A stretch of DNA of 63,718 nt, filler included. It is 15 parts of 15 records of this genome, joined end to end, with 100 filler letters (N's around TTAATTAATTAA, not from the genome) between each part and the next. Parts side by side here need not be neighbours in the genome. Positions count along the whole stretch, not along the records: positions 59,669 to 63,718 come from SRR15195285_5170; 14 more parts are not named here. The stretch is one strand, 5' to 3'. Below the pieces are notes generated by a model. That model worked only from the letters and a program-made list of their open reading frames with translations, ran no database searches and was not told the DNA's origin. Each line of letters opens with the position of its first letter. Position 1 is the first letter of the stretch. The position numbers and the translations under genes are program-made. Shown here piece by piece: positions 60,031 through 63,718 of the stretch.

Positions 60031-63000
60031 ATGCTCTCGCGGGCGCGGCAGGAGCTCGAGAGCGGCTTTAGTGTGACGAGGTTCGAAGTAAACAGCGCCA
60101 CAGGGGCAGTAGATAGGCACCGATATGAGTTGCGGTTGGTTGGAAACCGCTTGCAGATCTGCAGCGGAACAACCGCGGTGCTCGACTTGGTCGCCAGTCG
60201 TCTCATTGATGCACATCTCGGTGGGGCACCGGCCTGCACGGAGCTGCTGCGCCAGGCACGCCAAGCGCACCTGCCGCCGGTCGCCCAGCCATGGCGCTGC
60301 TTCCACTTCACTGTTCTTGAACAGGTGGGCGGGCCCAGCACCGCCGACGTGGTAGTGCATGCCGAACCGTACTACTGCGCCTCACCGACGTCGCGCCAGG
60401 CGAGGCTCGCAGTCCTGGGGCTGATGACGATCGAGCTGGCAGGACGCGACGATTCTTGCGGGCGCTACAAGCTCTTGCACAAGGCGGCTGCCACACGTGA
60501 ACTTGTGACGATGAGCGCCGTGGAGACCTTTGTGATCCTGCCCCGCGAATCAGAGTTGCTGGTGCACGAGATCAGGACTGCCGACGGTCGCCCACGCGCG
60601 CGTACCGACTTTGGCTGGGTGAGTGTGATCTCTCAGGGCGGTAGGACCATGGCCGAGCGGGTGGGCGAGTCCAGGATCGGCATTCTACGCCCGGGGCCTG
60701 GATTTTTGCTCTGGAACATGGCAAAGCTTCACCTTGAAGCTCTGGTGCCACCTGGCCCGTTCCGCAGGCACGGGATGTTCCGCGTCGTCGCGTCACTGCT
60801 GCGGCAGGTTGCGCGGGGCGTGACGTTGCAAACCGGGAACGGCGCCGCCTACAATCACACGGCGAACTTACCTGCAGTGCAACGCGGCTGGGAGGAACTC
60901 ACGTCAATAGAACAGGTGGCAGCTCAGACTTTCGGGTGGAGTTATAGCTCATGGCGCCGTGGGACGAACGTCGTGCCGAGCTGGGGCAGCTTGAATGAAA
61001 TCGAGCGAAGCGCGGCGTCAGCCTTGAAGTTGGGCGAGGACGGTTGGAACGGGCTACGCGAAGAGCAGGCTAATCGGGCAGTGCGGCGCGAAGGAATGCA
61101 GCCGCGTAGGACTGAATGGCTCGCGCTGGATGATGTGGAACGTGCTTCAGCATTGTGGTTGGGTTGGACAGACAGCACTTGGGGTCAGGGCAGTTACCCT
61201 GCCGTGTGCAGCTTAATGTGGACTGAACTATCGCGCGACGAGAGAGAGGCCGTCAGAACGCTTGGGTGGTCCCCTACGACCTGGCAAGAAGATTGCGCTC
61301 GGCACAGCCTGCAGAGACATGTAGCTACCAGTGCGCCGGCAGCGATCGCTCTGCATGAGGGTGAATCAGCAGACTACTGGTTGCATGTGGACACAGCATC
61401 CATTCGAGTCGACGCGCTGGGCTCGCAGCGGGTTGATATGATGTCAAAGACTGCAGAATCACCAATGTTCTGCCGTGTGTGGTTGGACGGGAAATTGGTC
61501 GGTGATACCCGCTCTGTTCCAGCGGTCCCAGTCGCTCCGATTCGAGTCCCTGGCGCAAACCAGGACGAGCTAAGACAGCAGCTGTCGCAGCTTGGACTCA
61601 GCGACCTGAGACGACAGGCAATTGGTGCAGGTGTGAGCAACGACGCCCTTGAAGATGCGTTAGACCATGAAAATCCGCACGAAGCGACACTGGCGACCAC
61701 AATAGAGGCTATGCTTCGACTGTCGACCCCACGGATCTCTGCGGCAGGCGATTTGCGGTCGTCGACCCCAGCAGCTACCCAATGGGTAGCTGCGGAGCTC
61801 AAATGGGGCGAGCAAATCCGGCTGCCCGGCGTTGCAAACTCGTCCACAATAATGACGACGCTCTGTATCGAGCTGTACTGTCAGTCATTGGAGGCAGAGC
61901 GAGGGCCCCCGGAACAGGTGCACTCACATAGATCAATGCCAACCTCAGCCAATGCGAATCAAATAAGCCCACCCTCCCGCCAAGAGCTTGAGGCTCGGCT
62001 GGGTCGGCTTGCAAAGAGAGATCAAAGGCTCGCGACCACTTTCACACTTTCGCCATACAAGGGGGTGTCATCTTCGATAGGTATGTATCTGACTCAACAC
62101 TCGACCCCACCAAGATCGCAGTTGCCTGACGACGGGGCTGAGCATGAGCTGGAACCTGAACCTGAACCAGAGCCGACGAACGTTGGCGATGCAAGTGGCA
62201 ACACCGAACTGCTTGGAGTCGTGATCCTGAGTGGCCAAGGTCTTGATGGTTTCCAAGCTGCAGCATCGTATGTCATTCAGCCTTTGACATCATGCTTCCA
62301 TCAGGCCAGTGTTGAAGGCACACTGCGTCTGCGAGTATCATCGTCGGAGGAGGCTTACTGTGGACCAGCCGTTGCCCACAGTCAGACAGCAATTGAGAAA
62401 GCTCCGCTTGGCTCACCAGTCAACACGGCGGGTCGCCATGTCCGTGTCACCCATGACTGTGTCAGTTGGGCGGCGCTGGCAGTGCATGAACAATCTTTGT
62501 CGACAGGGCGCAACCGTTGCGACGACAGCGAAGATCCTCCGATTTTCATCAGCAGCAGCAGCATTGATGCTATGGTTAGCAAATTTGGTGCATCGTCTGC
62601 AGATCTACAAGGCGTGCCACTTGTTATCGTCGACCCTTTCCTAGCTGACACAGATCAACTTGTCAACGCTGACGAGCTAAAAGATGCAGTAGTCTTGTGT
62701 GGTCGAGGCAGTGTCCCTTTTATAGAGAAGGCGAAGCGCCTACAAGCGTGTGGGGCCGCTGCTGTGGTGTTCGTCAATACTGAGGATGAGCCCTTCTGCC
62801 CACTCAACAGTGGCAGAGCTCAGTCTAGTGCAGATGATGGCGTCTTGATTCCAGCAGTGTGCATACAGAATACTGTGGGGCAGAACATCGTTGATCGGGT
62901 ACGGGTATCTGCAGCAGGGAAAACGATGACCGCATCTCTGATTTTAGGTCAGTATGGCACGCAAGAGCAGGTCGCAGATGCATCAGTTGCAAGCGCCTCA

Positions 63001-63718
63001 CCGCCTTGCAAACATGGGCGATTCAAGTCCTATATTGACACAAGAGCAAGCGCACGAGAAGTCTCATACGCCTTAGCAACGCCCGGCAGAACGGATGCTG
63101 GAGCTTCAAAAGCGAAGGGTGGTGAGAACGGAGGTAGCGTGCAGCTTACACTCACGCCACAGATCGTTCCTTTTGACTCACTTCTCCCTCACTGGGAGGA
63201 GCGTCACAACTTGCGGCTTCAAGCGTTTGCTCAGCTTCGGCCCATTATGCAGCAGTTCGTGGCGAAGCACGCAGTGCCATGCGCTGGTGCATCACCCCAG
63301 GCTGCCCCAACAGTCTCGCAGGCGGATATCAAAAAAATGGTTGCTCAACTGCTGCCTTACTGCGATAAGGATCGTGTGGTGCCGGCTTGTCGGCATCGAT
63401 GCATCGACAAAGCGTCGACAGCCACGAACGGTGACGATACTGGCATTGCAAGCAGCCCGAGCCTGAACACTGCTCGTCACCGCAATGACGACGACGGGTT
63501 TACCGTCGACGTGGTAGTCAAAGTTTTCCTGTCTCCTGCATACTTGCCTACTACTTGTGGTCAGTGGGACCATCTTTGTGGCATCTTGAGTCAATGGGAA
63601 ACGTGGGTCGTGCGGCGGAGTGTGGTTGTTGTCAAGGCTACTTTAATCTTCGAGGACCTCAACGCAGCTGGAACGCATTTGGGAACAATACGCGAAGGCG
63701 AGCAGGTAGAGGTGCTGG
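60031..63718 (+). CDS. Large multidomain protein (>1229 aa, open at window end): SH3b-like, 4 Trp repeats, split C2-like with helical SAP/LEM-like insert, PA domain, second SH3b-like
   Basis: I translated this frame by hand and found no stop from 59932 to 63718. Motifs: RVRTDFGWVS; WEEL..E..AA.TFGW...W x4; FCRVWLDGKLVGDT; PA domain LVIVDP...RGSVPFIEKAKRLQACGAAAVVFVN...IPAVCI. Confidence 0.85.
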   Translation, partial: MLSRARQELESGFSVTRFEVNSATGAVDRHRYELRLVGNRLQICSGTTAVLDLVASRLIDAHLGGAPACTELLRQARQAHLPPVAQPWRCFHFTVLEQVGGPSTADVVVHAEPYYCASPTSRQARLAVLGLMTIELAGRDDSCGRYKLLHKAAATRELVTMSAVETFVILPRESELLVHEIRTADGRPRARTDFGWVSVISQGGRTMAERVGESRIGILRPGPGFLLWNMAKLHLEALVPPGPFRRHGMFRVVASLLRQVARGVTLQTGNGAAYNHTANLPAVQRGWEELTSIEQVAAQTFGWSYSSWRRGTNVVPSWGSLNEIERSAASALKLGEDGWNGLREEQANRAVRREGMQPRRTEWLALDDVERASALWLGWTDSTWGQGSYPAVCSLMWTELSRDEREAVRTLGWSPTTWQEDCARHSLQRHVATSAPAAIALHEGESADYWLHVDTASIRVDALGSQRVDMMSKTAESPMFCRVWLDGKLVGDTRSVPAVPVAPIRVPGANQDELRQQLSQLGLSDLRRQAIGAGVSNDALEDALDHENPHEATLATTIEAMLRLSTPRISAAGDLRSSTPAATQWVAAELKWGEQIRLPGVANSSTIMTTLCIELYCQSLEAERGPPEQVHSHRSMPTSANANQISPPSRQELEARLGRLAKRDQRLATTFTLSPYKGVSSSIGMYLTQHSTPPRSQLPDDGAEHELEPEPEPEPTNVGDASGNTELLGVVILSGQGLDGFQAAASYVIQPLTSCFHQASVEGTLRLRVSSSEEAYCGPAVAHSQTAIEKAPLGSPVNTAGRHVRVTHDCVSWAALAVHEQSLSTGRNRCDDSEDPPIFISSSSIDAMVSKFGASSADLQGVPLVIVDPFLADTDQLVNADELKDAVVLCGRGSVPFIEKAKRLQACGAAAVVFVNTEDEPFCPLNSGRAQSSADDGVLIPAVCIQNTVGQNIVDRVRVSAAGKTMTASLILGQYGTQEQVADASVASASPPCKHGRFKSYIDTRASAREVSYALATPGRTDAGASKAKGGENGGSVQLTLTPQIVPFDSLLPHWEERHNLRLQAFAQLRPIMQQFVAKHAVPCAGASPQAAPTVSQADIKKMVAQLLPYCDKDRVVPACRHRCIDKASTATNGDDTGIASSPSLNTARHRNDDDGFTVDVVVKVFLSPAYLPTTCGQWDHLCGILSQWETWVVRRSVVVVKATLIFEDLNAAGTHLGTIREGEQVEVL

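Noticed and set aside
1-63718. Treating neighbouring genes (NhaA, PMCA, NADKc, CNBD proteins) as a physical cluster or operon
   Set aside because: They lie on different contigs joined artificially, so linkage cannot be inferred.
59669-63718. Apparent ORF desert suggesting non-coding DNA or an alternative genetic code
   Set aside because: A standard-code frame is open from 59932 to the window end. The track omitted it only because it has no stop.

Overview
This window is not one locus. It is 15 short contigs (about 3-8 kb) joined by an artificial 100-bp spacer (N44-TTAATTAATTAA-N44), so adjacency across a spacer means nothing. The DNA is GC-rich, gene-dense and eukaryotic: I could resolve many short GT-AG introns (about 80-200 bp) that restore reading frame and conserved motifs. 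Core genes are BIG/Sec7 ARF-GEF, CDC20, a polo-like kinase, a HECT E3 and LONRF. CAZyme-like genes and the assembly style suggest an uncultured marine protist SAG/MAG (Picozoa-like is my inference, not established here). The most unusual items are: (1) a bacterial-type NhaA Na+/H+ antiporter with intact transport residues and an EF-hand + cyclic-nucleotide-binding module inserted inside it; (2) a PMCA-type P-ATPase with several degenerate catalytic motifs and a ~240-aa Cys-rich insert; (3) an intronless GNAT + DOT1-like methyltransferase + putative Cys-peptidase fusion; (4) a plant-type Ca2+/calmodulin NAD kinase and a nitrate-reductase-type b5/FAD module; (5) a >1200-aa multidomain ORF missed by the ORF track; (6) repeated CNBD+EF-hand architectures, a hairpin upstream of CDC20 and a shared intronic motif. 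I saw no rRNA, tRNA, CRISPR array or transposase. All family calls come from motif recognition by eye, not database searches.
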